Positions 25,699-42,295 of a DNA stretch of 64,000 bases are shown piece by piece. The position numbers were made by a program, and so were the translations under genes. Each line of letters begins with the position of its first letter. The first letter of the stretch is position 1. The DNA comes from the human T2T-CHM13v2.0 reference genome, Homo sapiens, in assembly GCF_009914755.1 (NCBI RefSeq), contig NC_060925.1, one strand, 5' to 3'. The notes under the pieces are model-generated. The model saw only the letters and a list, made by a program, of their open reading frames with translations, was not told the origin of the DNA and did not search any database.

Positions 25699-26051
<353 letters not shown>

Positions 26052-26381
26052 TATTTTTTTCTGTTTAAATGGAGCTCATAACAGCTTCTAATGCTGCCGT
26101 TTGTTCATCTGTTCATTGAAGGTTCTGTTGATCTCTAGATGGGTAAGAAGATACAGTCCTTAAGGACCACACAACCTTGTGGGGAGACTGATACATATAT
26201 GCTATTTGTAACTCTATTACAGCACTCATTATATTGTATACTATTTGTTTATGTGTGTCTCTCCTCTACTTGATTGTGAGCCATAAGTGCTCAGTGAATG
26301 TTCATTGAATGAATGAATTATGTATGATATATGTATGTGTGTATGTATATATAATGACAAGAACTATGAAAAATGAACAGA

Positions 26382-26692
<311 letters not shown>

Positions 26693-28196
26693 TGAAGAGA
26701 ATACTATAGGAAACAGAGAAGTACTAATTGAAGTACTAATTTTATTAAGAGCCAGTTTGGGAAAGATTTATAGGAGATGACATTAGAGTTTGGCTTTGAA
26801 GGGCATTCTTGCCAGATAAAATTTAGGAAAAGACAATGTGGAGATAATGAAATTTTCTGGATATTCAGAAAGTGTACTCTAGATATACCTATTCGACAGG
26901 AAAGTAGTTATACAGTTTTGCTTAAAAAAAAATAAAAAGATGAGACTGTAAATTAATGTTGTGAAGGTCTCCAAGTGTCCATCATGCTAAGGAGTTTGGA
27001 GCTCTGTCCCATAAATGATAGTCATTGAAGAGTTATAAAATCAGAATTGCTAGGTTCTGTTTTAGAACGATAACTTTGATTGCAGTATGGAGAATGGATT
27101 TAGGAGCAGGATAATTTAGGAAGCTTTTACCATAATTTAAGCTAAAGATGATGCTTTGAACAGAGGCAAGGGGAAGAAAGAAAGAAATTAGAGAAACATC
27201 TTAATTTTTTTTTTTACAAATAGCTTTATGTATGAGGCATATTTTACATATAATAAAGAAACAAAGGTATAAATGATATGATAACTAAGTATATGATGGA
27301 ACGTGGGAGAGATAGGAATGTCAAAGATGAATTGGATGCATGTTAATCCAATTTATTAAGAGTACAAGAAGAAAATTTTGAAGATAGATAATGAATTTAT
27401 TTGGTTTTGAACATGAAAAATTTGAGGTGCCAATGGTACTTGGTGATAGACATCTAATAGACTGCAAACTTGCATCTAGAGCTCAGAAATAGATCTAAGG
27501 AGGAAATAGAACATTTAGGAAATAAAGCCATGAAAGTACGTGAGGTTGCCTGGGTAGAAGGAGCTAGAGAACAAGAGGCCCAGGAAAAAGCCTTGGAAAT
27601 GTTACCATTGATGAATTAGACAGAAGTAGAGAACCCATCAGGAGTTAAGAGAGGTAAGAGAAAAAAACAATCAAGAGGCAAGGGAAACAGGAGAAATATG
27701 TTTTACGAATCCCAAGAGTAGTGAGAGTTTTAAGGTGAAAGTTTAAGATCCCAAATATTCATAACTTAGTGTTGTATGCCTGTTGACTGGAAAATTGTAT
27801 TACTAGAATGTAGGCATATTTCCTAGGTTTTCTAGACAGATACAATTCTTTTTTAATGTTTAAATTGTTCTAAGACTTTCATAAGAATAAGCCTGTAAAT
27901 CAGAAAAAAAAAATAGCTTTTTAGACTATACTCCAATTTTTGGTTTAAAAAACATAGACTTTTTAGTTGAAGGACTGTTCATAACAAAGTGAAAGATAAA
28001 AGCAACATTTTATCAGTGGGCTTAAAAGAAAACATTTTCTGATGACCAGAGAAAACCCTGCACACATCTCTGAGAGGAACTGTCATTCATTTTGGGGTAT
28101 TTTCTCTATTCTGTCTCTTAAAAACAGTACATTTCTTAACACTTTTTTTGTAGTATATTTGAGATTCATTTCCAGTATGCTACAAAAAATGTGTTA

Positions 28197-28340
<144 letters not shown>

Positions 28341-29334
28341 AATATATGAATGTAAGAAATACAAGAAATGAAATACAGGAAATGAATTTCAAATATATTT
28401 TTCATTAATAGCTTTTTTCTCTCTAAGTACATGATTTAGAGGTTTGAAATGAATGATACTATTTTGTTGGATCCTCTTTTTCTGTGGGTTTTTATCTTTT
28501 ATTTTTCCCCCGTAAGGAAACTCAAATAAAGGGAAATTTGTTCTAAGACTTCAGAGAGGCCTCAAAGAATGCAAGAGCAGAAAATGAGGTACTAGCATTA
28601 TGGGAACTGGAAAATTGTCAAGAACAAGACCACTTTTTCCTTTTCTTTGGGGCCACTTTTATTTGTTTTTCTTTGATCTTCCTCTTTGTTTTTCATTGTA
28701 TTTTTCAGCTTGGCTCCTTATAGCTCATGTTCCGTTGCTTATCCTTTCAATTCCAAAACTCTGCAGTCTGTTTTTCCGGGACTGGATAGGATGCTTTTGA
28801 GTCGCTTCCTTAGGCCTTATCCAGTCAGCTAGAGCTGGGGTGAGGGGCAGGTCTTTGTGGATCACAGTAGTGGATAGGGGTAATTCCCTAGAGAAAAGGA
28901 CTAGGGGACTATGGGTGATTGATATCTCTAGTATTTACACAGCTTCATTTAACAAAGCTTTTTGGGAACATTTTGAAGGCATAATTTGTGATCAGTTGTT
29001 TTGTGCTTAGTGGGAAGGTGGCCTTTTTGACTTTTGAAAAATGTTAGAGTTGAAGGAAGATGAACATGGTAAATACTGAGTTCAGGCTAGAGGTTATTCT
29101 TTCTGGATGAGGGGAGAGAGATGAGTATGAGCAGAGTATACACAGAGGACTCCAGCCAAATTGGTAATAGTTTATTCCTTAAACCGAGAGGTAGCTACAT
29201 GGGTGTTTATTATATTATTTCTTATATCACTTGATGTGAAGAAGAAAGCTATTTGCAGATAATTGAAGATCATTTGAATTTAGACCCTGGCAGACAGTAA
29301 GCCTCAGAAAATAAAGCAGTCCAAAAGGCTACTG

Positions 29335-29833
29335 AAGGCTTAGGACATTACTGTACACTATGTAGACTTTATAAACACTGTGCACTTAGGCTACACTAAG
29401 TTGATTAAAAAATCTTTCTTCAGTTATAACCTTAGTTTACTGTAACTTTTTTTACTTTATAAACTTTAATTTTTTAAAACTTTTTGACTCTTTTGTAATA
29501 ATTCTTAGCTTAAAACAAATATACAGCTGTACAGCAATAGTTTATATCCTTATTCTGTAAGCTTTTGTTCAATTTAAATTTTTATGTTTTTACTTTTTAT
29601 ACTTTAAAAATATTTTTATCTATAAAAATATATTTTATAAAATAAAATATGTATAAAATATGTATTTTTATTTTTAGTAAATAGCAGGAGCACACTCTAT
29701 AATAACAATAAAAAGTATGGTATAGTAAATCCTAGGCGATAGAAATTTTTCAGCTCCAATATAGTTTTAAGAGACCACTGTCATATATGTGGTTTGTGTT
29801 GACCAAAACATCATTGCATGGCGCATGACTGTA
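29335..29833. mobile_element. Tigger3 (Golem)-like DNA transposon
   Basis: Ends GGCGCATGACTG+TA; internal GGACATTACTGTACACTA...TAGGCTACACTAA. Confidence 0.7.
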
Positions 29834-29934
29834 CAGAGAACTTTGGCTATCTTCCATTATGAAAGTAGAATGTTGTGACAAGCTTATTACTATATAACAG
29901 AATGCTTAACTTTATCTTTTAAATTAAAAAAAAA

Positions 29935-32310
29935 TTTAAATTGACACAATTGTTGCACATATTCATGGGGCAATAGTGATGTTTTGATACAATGTGTAGT
30001 GATCAGATCAGGGTGATTAGCACATCCATCATCTCAAATATTTATCACTTGTTTGTGTTGGGGACATTCAGTATCTTCTCTTCTGTCAACTTGAAAATAT
30101 GCAATATGTTCTCGTTAACTGTGGCCATTCTACAGTGCTATAGAACACTAGAACTTATTCCTTCTATCTAGCTGTAATTTTGTATCCTTTAGCAAATCTC
30201 TCCTAAGCCCCCTTAACCCCCCTCCCAGCCCCTACTAACCTCTGTTCTACTTTTCTATGAGAAGAGCTCTTCTATGAGCTTCTGCATAGGAGTGAGAACA
30301 TGCTGTGTTTAGCTTTCTGTTCCTGGCTTATTGACTTAACATAACGTCCTCCAGGCTCATCCATGTTGTTGTAAATGACATAATTTTTTTCTTTTTAAGG
30401 CTGAATGGTATTCCATTGTGCATATATATTTTTCTTTTCTTTTTTATGGAAATGTGAATGGTTTTGACTTAAAATGTGTTTTGCCTAATATAATTGTGAC
30501 CTCCCGTGTTCTCATTTGGTTACTGTTTACATGCAGTTTCTTTTTTCAGCCTGCTAACTCCAGTCTATTTTTGTCATTAGATCTAAAGTGAGTCTCTTAT
30601 AGACAGGATATAGTTCCATATTTTCTTCATCTCTTCATCTGTTGTCGGACACTTGGGTTGATTCCATTTCTTGGTTATTGTGAATAATGCTGCTATAAAC
30701 ATGGAAGTGCAGATATCTCTTCAGTATACCGATATTCTTTCCCTTGGATAAATATGCAGTAGTGGGATTGCTGGATCATATGACAGTTCTATTTGTAATT
30801 TTATGAGGAATCTCCATACTGTTTTCCATAGTGGATATACTAGTTTACATTCCCACCAATAGTATGTAAGAGTTCCTTTTTCTGTATATCCTCGCTAGCA
30901 TTTGTTGTTGTCTTTTTGGTAATAGCCATTCTAACTGGAGTGAGATGATATCTTATTGTGGTATTGATTTGCATTTCCCTGATGCTTAGTGATGTTGAGC
31001 TTTTTAAAAACATGTTTCTTGACCATTTGTGTTTGCCCATTTTTAATTAGATTATTTGGGGTGTTTTTTTTTTTTTTTTGCTCTTAAGTTGTTTGAGTTT
31101 TGTATGTTCTAGATATCAATTCCCTGTCAGGTGAGTAGTTTGCAAATATTTTCTCCAATTTTTTAGGTTGTTTTTTCATTCTGTTGATTGTTTCCCTTGC
31201 TGTGCAGAAGCTTTTTAGGTTGATATAATGCCATTTGTTAATTTTTGCTTTTGTTGCTTGTGCTTTTGGGGGTCTTGTTCATAAAATCTTTTACTAGACC
31301 AGTGCCCTGAACTGTTTCCCTTATGTTTTCTTCTAATTATTTTATAGTTTTGGGTTCTTATATTTAAGTCTTTAATCCCTTTCAAGTTGATTTTTGTGTA
31401 GCGTGAGAGATGGGGGTCTGTTTTCATTCTTCTGCATATGGAGATTCAGTTTTCCCAGCACTATTTATTGAAGAGACTATCCCCAATGAATGTTCTTGGC
31501 ACCATTGTAAAAAATCAGTTGGCTATAAATACATGGATGTTCTCTGTTCTGTTCCATTGGTCTATATGTCTGATTTTATGGCAGTACTATGCTGTTTTGG
31601 TTACTGTAGCTTTGTAGTATATTTTGAAATCTGGTAGTGTGATGCCACCAGGTTTGTTTTCTTTGCTCAGGATTGCTTTGGCAATTTGGTGTCTTTTGTG
31701 TTTCCATATGGATTTCAGGATTGTTTTTTCTATTTCTGTGAAGAATACCATTGGTATTTTGATAAGGATTGTATTGAACCTGTAGATCACTTTGGGTTGT
31801 ATGGTCATTTTAACAATATTAATTTTTCCAGTTCATGAACACAGGGTGTTTCTCTTTTTTGTGTGTTTTCTTTAACTTTTCTCATCAGTGTTTTACAGTT
31901 TCCTTTGTTGAGATTTTTTACCTCCTTGGTTAAACTTATTCCTAGGCAGATTTTTTTTTTCTTTTTTTTTGTATTTACTGTGGATGGGATTGCTTTCTTG
32001 ATTTCTTTTTAAGGTAGTTCATTATTTATATATAGAATCACTACTGATTTTTGTATGTTGATTTTGTATCCTACAAATTTACTGAATTCATTTATTAGTT
32101 CTAATTTTTTTTTGGTGGAGTCTTTGGGATTTCCTATATGTATGATTATATTGTCTGAAAACAGGGACTATTTGACTTCCTCCTTTGCAATTTGGATGCC
32201 CTTTATTTCTTTCTCTTGCCTAATTACTGTGGCTAAGGTTTCCAGAACTATGTTGAACAAAAGTGGTGGAAGTAGGCATCCTTGTCTTGTTTCAGATCTT
32301 AGAGGAAAAG
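29935..32310 (-). mobile_element. L1MA-like 3' fragment
   Basis: ORF2 peptides ([40 protein letters not shown]) plus 3'UTR. Confidence 0.88.
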
Positions 32311-33392
32311 CTCATTCATGGATTACTAGGTTAAGAATACTTGTACTAGATTATGAGATTGTAGAGGTCAGAACCATTTCTCTCTCTCTCTTTCTCTCTC
32401 TCTCCCTCTCAGTTTTTTCATCTGTAAGGACCATTTCTTATTTTTAATTTTTTTAATAACATACAATGCTTTGCACAAAGTAGGTACTCAAAAAACATTG
32501 TTAGCACAAGCAGTTGATATGCAAGATTACTTTCCTCATTCTTAGTCCTAAAAGACAAATATTATTACATTGGGTTAAAAAATTCTATTTTCTATATACA
32601 ATATATGTTTAAAAGAAAGTGATCCACAAAGCTGAGAATTAAAAGGAAAGGGCAGATTCAATAAAGCAATGTTTGCTTTTTATTAATAGCATGCAAAGTA
32701 GAATTAAATACTAAAACACATTTCTCTAGGGATAAACATAGTCATTTTTTATTGATGAAATATAAAATCCATTGACAGCATAACCATGAACTTTTATATA
32801 CCAAATAATATCAAGTTATTTAGAAGTTAAATATTTTAGAAATATGAAATGGACAAAAATTCAGTACTTCCAGTGAATTTTTGTCCATCTCTTAATTCTT
32901 GGCAAATTAAATAGACAAAAGATAATACACAAATGTCCAACAAATAAATAAATCCAAATTTCCCATATGACTGTAGAATAAAGTTATTGTCATGATATCT
33001 CTAAAACATTTAACTGGGAAGGTGCTTTCATTATTCCGCAAGAAGTGATCTTGAATAATCTGTTTGACTTGGTAAACACTTAAAACTGGTTGGGAAAAAG
33101 GCCTTATGCAAATTGAGATTTATACTTTAAAGATAGTAAACCTTTTGATAGATTATTTTATTATAAGTAAGTTTTTTATTGCACTTTTTTCACTAATTCA
33201 ATTTTCAGTTTCTACAAAAATGGTGATTTAAAAAATGTATTCTTAAAGAACAGACCAACTTTAACACATTATGTTTAAAATATTCACTTACAGGGCATGG
33301 GATAACCAAAGATTTTGAAAGATAGATTATTGGCAAATTCAGGTGCTTCATGAGAATAGATATCATAAAACTGATTTAAAACTATAATTATA

Positions 33393-33684
<292 letters not shown>

Positions 33685-34441
33685 TCAAAAACTAGAATTA
33701 TAAACCTAAAACAGGGCATAATTCATGTTATCTGAAAATCCTTTGAAGTATAATATACATTGAAAAAGCACATAAATGTGCAAGTTGATAAAGTCTCTTA
33801 AACTGAACGTACCATTGAAATCAGCACCCAAATCCATGAATATTAGCAGTACCTCAGAAGCACTTCCTTGCTCCAATTTCAGCCACCTCTCTAGCCACTT
33901 CAAGGGTGATGACTATCCTCACTTCTAGCACTATAGATTCCTTTTGCCTATTTTATACTTTATTTAATGGAACTATATGGTATATACTCTTGTTTCTGGC
34001 ATTCTTCACAACAGGTTTGTGATATTCAACTATCTTTTTGCATGTAGTTGTAATTCATTCTCATTATTAGTGGGGGATACTCTACAGTATGAAGTTTTAC
34101 ATAAATGTCATACTTTTAATATTTAGTAATTTATATTAAAGATGATTGCCCATTAATAGGGTATTTATTTTGAAGCAGATAAATTTTCTCTTGTTTATTC
34201 ATTTATACTGTCTCAGCCTTAGTGTTAGCTAAGAAGACATAGAGATTGTGGACACATATGTAGTTTTTGATTATTTATTATATCCTTTCCATTGGAAAAT
34301 TGATAATCACTATATATTTCAGCACTTATTTTAGTTTTAAAGCAAAAAGATATCTGCCCAAAGAAATTTTTTGTCTAATCATTGACAGATATTCTAGTAA
34401 TATAACTGATGTTTACTTAATTTTTCAGTTGGCTAGATTAA

Positions 34442-35215
<774 letters not shown>

Positions 35216-35875
35216 TAGAACATTTTTGAGGTGTTTTCTAGGAAATTTATGGATCAGGATTATTTACCCTGATAAATCAGATTAAATTAACTTCCTTAAA
35301 AATTAACCATACCTTTTAGTTTTACATATTTGGACTTAATAGGTGAGCCCTTCTTTTTCTTAAATTTAAATTGGTGTTTTTAATATTCAACATACCGTAC
35401 TGCCTCTGCATACAACTAAGTGGAGAAAATAATGTTTATCAAATATGACAGGTTTAATATATTTGTAAGGCAAATAACTCATTAACTTGATAAGAAAAAC
35501 ATTAAGATCCTGGTAGGTACGTGGGCAAAGGATAGAAAAGATAATTCACCAATGAAGCACTAAGGTTAAGATATAGAGCAGAACGTTTAATCCTGCTAGC
35601 ATCTACCAAATTCAAATTAAAGCATAGATTTTTTTCCTGTTAAATCAGCAAAAGTAGAAAGAATAGATAATCTTAAGATATTTATGAAACAGGTAGGCCC
35701 TTCTTGGAAGACAATTTGACATTGTATTTCAAGAGCAGCATGTTCTTCACATTCTTTTGTTCAGTTTTAGCACACTTTGCAGATACTGTTCTAGGTAACC
35801 AAATAAGCAGAAATTCATAAATACAAATATGTTCATTTCAGTGTTATTTGTAATAGAGAAAATGGGACATAATAT

Positions 35876-36388
35876 TGTATTGGTTATCTCTTGTTGTCTA
35901 ACTCATAACCTCCCACCCCAATTTAAGCATTTTAAAACACCAAGCATTTGTGATCTCACATTTTCTGTATGTAACGAATTTGGGAGCAGCTCATCTGGGT
36001 GATTTTGGCTCAATGTCTCTCATAAGGTTGCAGTCAGGATGTCAGGTAGAGCTGTAGTCCTGTGAAGATTTGACTTGGTCTGGAGGATCTACTTGCAAGG
36101 GGATAGCTCACCCACATAGCTATAGGCAGGCGGCTTCAGTTCTTTGCCACATGGACATCTATAGGATTGCTTGACTGTTCTTAGGACATGGCACCTGTAT
36201 CCAAAGAGAGATGAGAATGCGTTTTATAGCCTAGTCTCAGAAGTCACATATTGTCACTTTCACCACATGTGATATTAGTTTAAAATAAGTCTCTAAGTCC
36301 CACCATACTCAATGGGAGAATAATTAATTTCCACATTTTGAAGAAAGGAGTATCAAAGAAATTTTGGATATATTTTAAAACCACCACA
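35876..36388 (-). mobile_element. MLT1-family (ERVL-MaLR) solo LTR
   Basis: TGTATT...AAAACCACCACA termini; GGTTGCAGTCAGGATGTCAG core. Confidence 0.7.
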
Positions 36389-36654
36389 AGTGTCCAGCAG
36401 TTAAGTAAAGTAGGGCACAAAATTGAAGTTACAGTGATGATAGTAATAAAATTACTTATTAATGATTATATTAGGATTTAGGGAGTAATGAGTTTTTATT
36501 CTTATATTTTTCAAACTTTCTGTGTTGTTACATGATTTTTATAAAAGACTAGTTCCTCTATATTCATAGGAAAATACAGTATTACTTATCACTGAGCTAA
36601 CCATGGGCAGATCATGATCTTTCCCTTTGAGTTGTGATATGATTTTTTTCCTTT

Positions 36655-37755
36655 CTTTTTTTATTGTGGTAACATATACATAACAAAATTTACCATTACA
36701 ACCATTTCTTAAGTGTACAGTTCAGTGGTGTTAAGTACATTCATATTGTTGTACAACCATCACCACCATCCATTTCCAGATTTCTTTTCATTTTGCAAAA
36801 CTGAAACCCATTAAACAGTAACTCTCCATTCTTCTCTTTTCCCAGCCCCTGACAACCACCATTCTACTTTCTGTCTCTATGTTTTTGACTATTCTGACTG
36901 TCTCATGTAAGTGGCACCATACAGTATTTGTCTTTTTGTGATTAGCTTATTTCACTTAGTATAATGTCCTCCAGATTCTTTCATGTTATATCACATATCA
37001 GATTTCCTTCCTTTTAAGGCTGAATAATATTCTATTTTATATATAAATGTCATTTTGCTTATTCATTCATCTGTTGATAGACATTTGGGCTACTTCCACG
37101 TTAGCTACTATGAATAATGCTGCTTTGAACATGGTTGTACAAATAGTTCCTTGAGCCTCCACAAGCATTTTGGTTGTATACTGTATTAGTCCATTCTTAC
37201 ACTGCTATAAATTATCCAAGACTGGGTAATTTATAAAGAAAAGATGTTTAATTGATTTACAGCTCTGCATGGCTGGGGAGGCCTCAGGAAACTTACAATC
37301 ATGGCAGAAGGCACCTACCTCTTTGCAGGGTGGCAGGAGAGAGAATTAGTGCAAGCAGGGGAAATGCCAGACGCTTATAAAACCGTTAGATCTCACGAGA
37401 CTCACTTATTATCATGAGAACAGCATAGGGGAAACTGCCCCCCGATCCAATTACTTCTACCTGGTCCCGCCTATGACACTTGGGGATTATGGAGATTACA
37501 ATTCAGGGTGAGATTTGGGTGGGGACACAGAACCAAACCATATCATATATCTAGAAGTGGAATTGCTGGATCTTACAGTAATTCTAATTTTACTTTTTTT
37601 AGGAACTGCCACACTGTTTTCCATAGTGATTGTGTCATACATTCCCACGAACAGCACACACGGGTTCTAGTTTTGCAAATCTTTGCCAGCTGTTATTATT
37701 TTGTGTGTTTTTGATAGTAGCTTGTCCTATTTACATCCTAATGGGTGTGAAGTAG
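36655..37755 (-). mobile_element. L1MB-like 3' fragment interrupted by a THE1 LTR
   Basis: L1M 3'UTR signature (AAGTGTACAGTTCAGTGG...). Confidence 0.8.
37182..37545 (-). mobile_element. THE1 (THE1D/MST-like) solo LTR
   Basis: TGTATTAGTCCATT...GGGGACACAGAACCAAACCATATCA; 5 bp TSD TATAC/TATAT. Confidence 0.85.
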
Positions 37756-37854
37756 TCATAATATAATTTTTAATGATTTATTTTTCTAAGGAAAAGTAAT
37801 ATTATAAGATTGATGTTCGGTGAATACTGATGTGATTGCAGGTAAATTGGCAGG

Positions 37855-37927
37855 ATGAGGAGCAGCAAATCAAAAGAGGTGCCTTTACCAAATCCAAGGA
37901 ACTCTCAAAGCAAGGATACTGTTCAAG
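37855..37927 (+). CDS. CEP350: CEP350 exon 2 coding part (exon starts 37842; MRSSKSKEVPLPNPRNSQSKDTVQ)
   Basis: Acceptor TTGCAG at 37841, ATG in AGGATGA context, donor AAG|GTATGA. Peptide matches the recalled CEP350 N-terminus. Confidence 0.93.
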
Positions 37928-38912
37928 GTATGATTTTGTTTTTTTAAACAGAACTTAATACCTCATTTAGGTCATGTGTATTAAATTTTGGTCTAATAAA
38001 TGAAAATTATACCTATGCTTTGATTTATAGAAAGTGGATAAATCATTTTAAAATTCTCTTATATTTTAAATATACCTGGTGCTTCATGTTAAAAGGCATC
38101 CTATGGTAAACTGTTTTGTAAAGCAGGAATCCTTTTTTAAAATGAACCAGTATATGTAAAATTTTTCAGAAATTCTGTCCTAATTTCAATAAATGATATA
38201 GCCCCAATATAGTTACAGACTTATAGGGGTACAGATAATAATAGTAACAGTCTCATTGAATTCTTTTTAAAATAATGCATTAGAGGTAATTTTAAGGCAT
38301 TGATATTTTTTGAGGGAGATTGACAAACTAGAGTACATCTGGAGGAAGATTATTAGGTTTGTGAGAGATCTGGAAATCAAGTCATATGAAGAGTAGTTGG
38401 AGGAAGTGGAAATACTTATCCTGGAGAAGGATGACTTATGGAAAATACACGACCTTAAACTATTTGAAGGGTTGTTATCTGAAAGACTGAATGGATTTTA
38501 CCTATGTTTTTACTGGTAGATCAAAATCTGGAATAGCTTCTAATCTTTTTCACATTGTATTATAAGATACAGTACAATATAAAATTTTATATTTGTTCAG
38601 CTCATTGGGGTAAACTGAGGATGCTGCTTTTTTTTGGAGCTGTCTGATACAGGTGTGAGTGGAAATGCCAGTCCAATGGTAGCAGTGTCTGTTTACCTTT
38701 AAACCGTATGTTGGGAATGTTGGCTTAATAATCTTATAGATAAAAACCCATTTTGACTCAATATAATAAAGCATTTGCTGAGGAATTGTTCTGCCTAATA
38801 AGGTAGTTTTCAGACTTTTGAGTGCATTTGGGAGCTTATTAAAATTCAGATTCTGAGGTCTAATTCAGAGATTCTGGTTGATTGATAAAGTAAATATCAT
38901 TTTTTTTCCCAG

Positions 38913-38959
38913 CAGATATAACCACATCGTGGGATGCACTTTCTCAAACCAAGGCTGCT
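38913..38959 (+). CDS. CEP350: CEP350 exon 3 (ADITTSWDALSQTKAA)
   Basis: Polypyrimidine tract, CAGCAG acceptor, donor GCT|GTAAGT. 47 nt; frame continuous with exons 2 and 4. Confidence 0.93.
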
Positions 38960-39056
38960 GTAAGTAGTTTTAGCTTCCATTTATTTATTTCTGGATTAAA
39001 ATCAATTTCCTGTTATGATTGAATAGATTAAAATGTTTTCCATACTGTTCTTTAAA

Positions 39057-39215
39057 TACTATATATTACTATAGAATAATACTATATATTATTATATATA
39101 CTATATAAAATATGTATACACTATATATAATATATATACTATATACAGTATATACTTATGTACATAGTATATAGTAATATTATAGTATTATCATATATAA
39201 TATATAATATATTAT
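39057..39215. repeat. TA-rich low-complexity tract
   Basis: Degenerate (TA)n with TACTATATA units. Confidence 0.85.
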
Positions 39216-39317
39216 AAAATGAACATAAATGACAACTATTAAATGGTAAAGTCATAAACAAGATACTACTTTAGGAATTAGGAGCACAAGCATCATGCCA
39301 TATAAACTATTAAAATT

Positions 39318-40031
<714 letters not shown>

Positions 40032-40843
40032 TCATTGTTAGGGAGGAAATGAAGGAAACCAACTTCTTGAATAGACTGTGAATTATTCTTCCTTTCCAAT
40101 TTGGATGCCCTTTATTTCTTTCTGTGGTCTGATTGCTCTAGCTGGGACTTCCAGTACTATGTTGAATAACAGTGTTAAAAGAGTTACTTCTTTTTTGTAT
40201 CAATAACAGGTTGTTTTTTTTCTCTTACCACTGAAGAAGAATGACTATGGGCAACCTGTTCCCATTTGTGTTCTGGCCAATCTTGTCTAAAGTTTAGGAA
40301 TCCAAATTTGGCAGGTGATGCATAGTTCATTCAAAGGGAAACCCTTTTTTTTTTTTAATTTGCTCTCTGGGCAAATTACTTTCCTAATATACCCTTTTTT
40401 GTTTTCTATGCCACCTGATTTTGAATCACCTATTTCTTTACTAAGTATTTCAGTGATATTTTCTGTCCTCTAATCTTTAGAACTAGTTTGAAAATAAATC
40501 TGGAAAAGGTGTTATAACCTAGATTTGGTCCCAATGCAGAGTCATATTTTGGCCCTATAAATATAGCAATATATATTCTCTTTCTTCTACCTGAGCATTA
40601 TGTTTTCTATAGTGTAGAAATAGTTTTTATCCCCCAGCTTAACTTAGTGCTAAACTAATTTAGAGTTTAGCACTAAGTTAATAACTGTTAATAGTTGTTT
40701 TTCAAAACTATTGGGTGTTTTTGAAGAACATTTAAGGATGATAAAGGAATATAAGTAGGGGAGACAATCTGATGTAGAACTATTAATATATCAAAAATTA
40801 TTCCAATTTTTAAAATACATTGGGATGCAAAAATCTGAAGGAA

Positions 40844-41265
<422 letters not shown>

Positions 41266-41580
41266 CTAGTTTTTTGTTGTAAGCATGTAATACTTTACCA
41301 TTTAGGAGAAAATGCTTTTCAGTCATTGAGAACTTTGGTGGTTATAACCAAAAGTTGACTTATATTGCAGAGTGTGTATGTGAAACCTGAATTCTATCTT
41401 GCGAATTTTGTCTTTATTGTGAAACTTATTTTATAGACATAAAACTGTAAAACACTGTGGCTGTTTGAGTACCTATAGTCCTAAATTTTGGTTCAGGTAA
41501 ATAATTCTTTCCTCATTTTTGCGTGTAAAATGCACAGGATATATTGCATAATGGTATGTCACATATAAAGTCAGATAATT

Positions 41581-41925
<345 letters not shown>

Positions 41926-42180
41926 TCAAATGGAAACTCTTTGATATTCTTCAGAATCTTACTGATTTTCTTGTCTAAATTTGGGGAGCATTGTGCCAGA
42001 TGTTATTATAGCTAAAGTAAAAAATGATGAAAAACAAATATTATAAGAAAGGATTCCTGAGTTTTTTTCTACTTTGGAAAAAGGTATTGGGCAATATACT
42101 TTTAAATAACCATGTAAATTGATGGTAGCTGGATTATTTACAGAATTAACTTATGTCTTATGATGGTGTTTAAACTTTAG

Positions 42181-42295
42181 CTGAGACACATTGAAAATAA
42201 ATTAGAAGTAGCCCCTACAAGTACAGCTGTGTGTGATTCTGTCATGGATACCAAGAAGTCTTCTACAAGTGCTACTCGAAAAATAAGTAGAAAAG
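42181..42295 (+). CDS. CEP350: CEP350 exon 4 (LRHIENKLEVAPTSTAVCDSVMDTKKSSTSATRKISRK)
   Basis: TTTAG acceptor, AAG|GTATGT donor, 115 nt, open frame. Confidence 0.93.
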
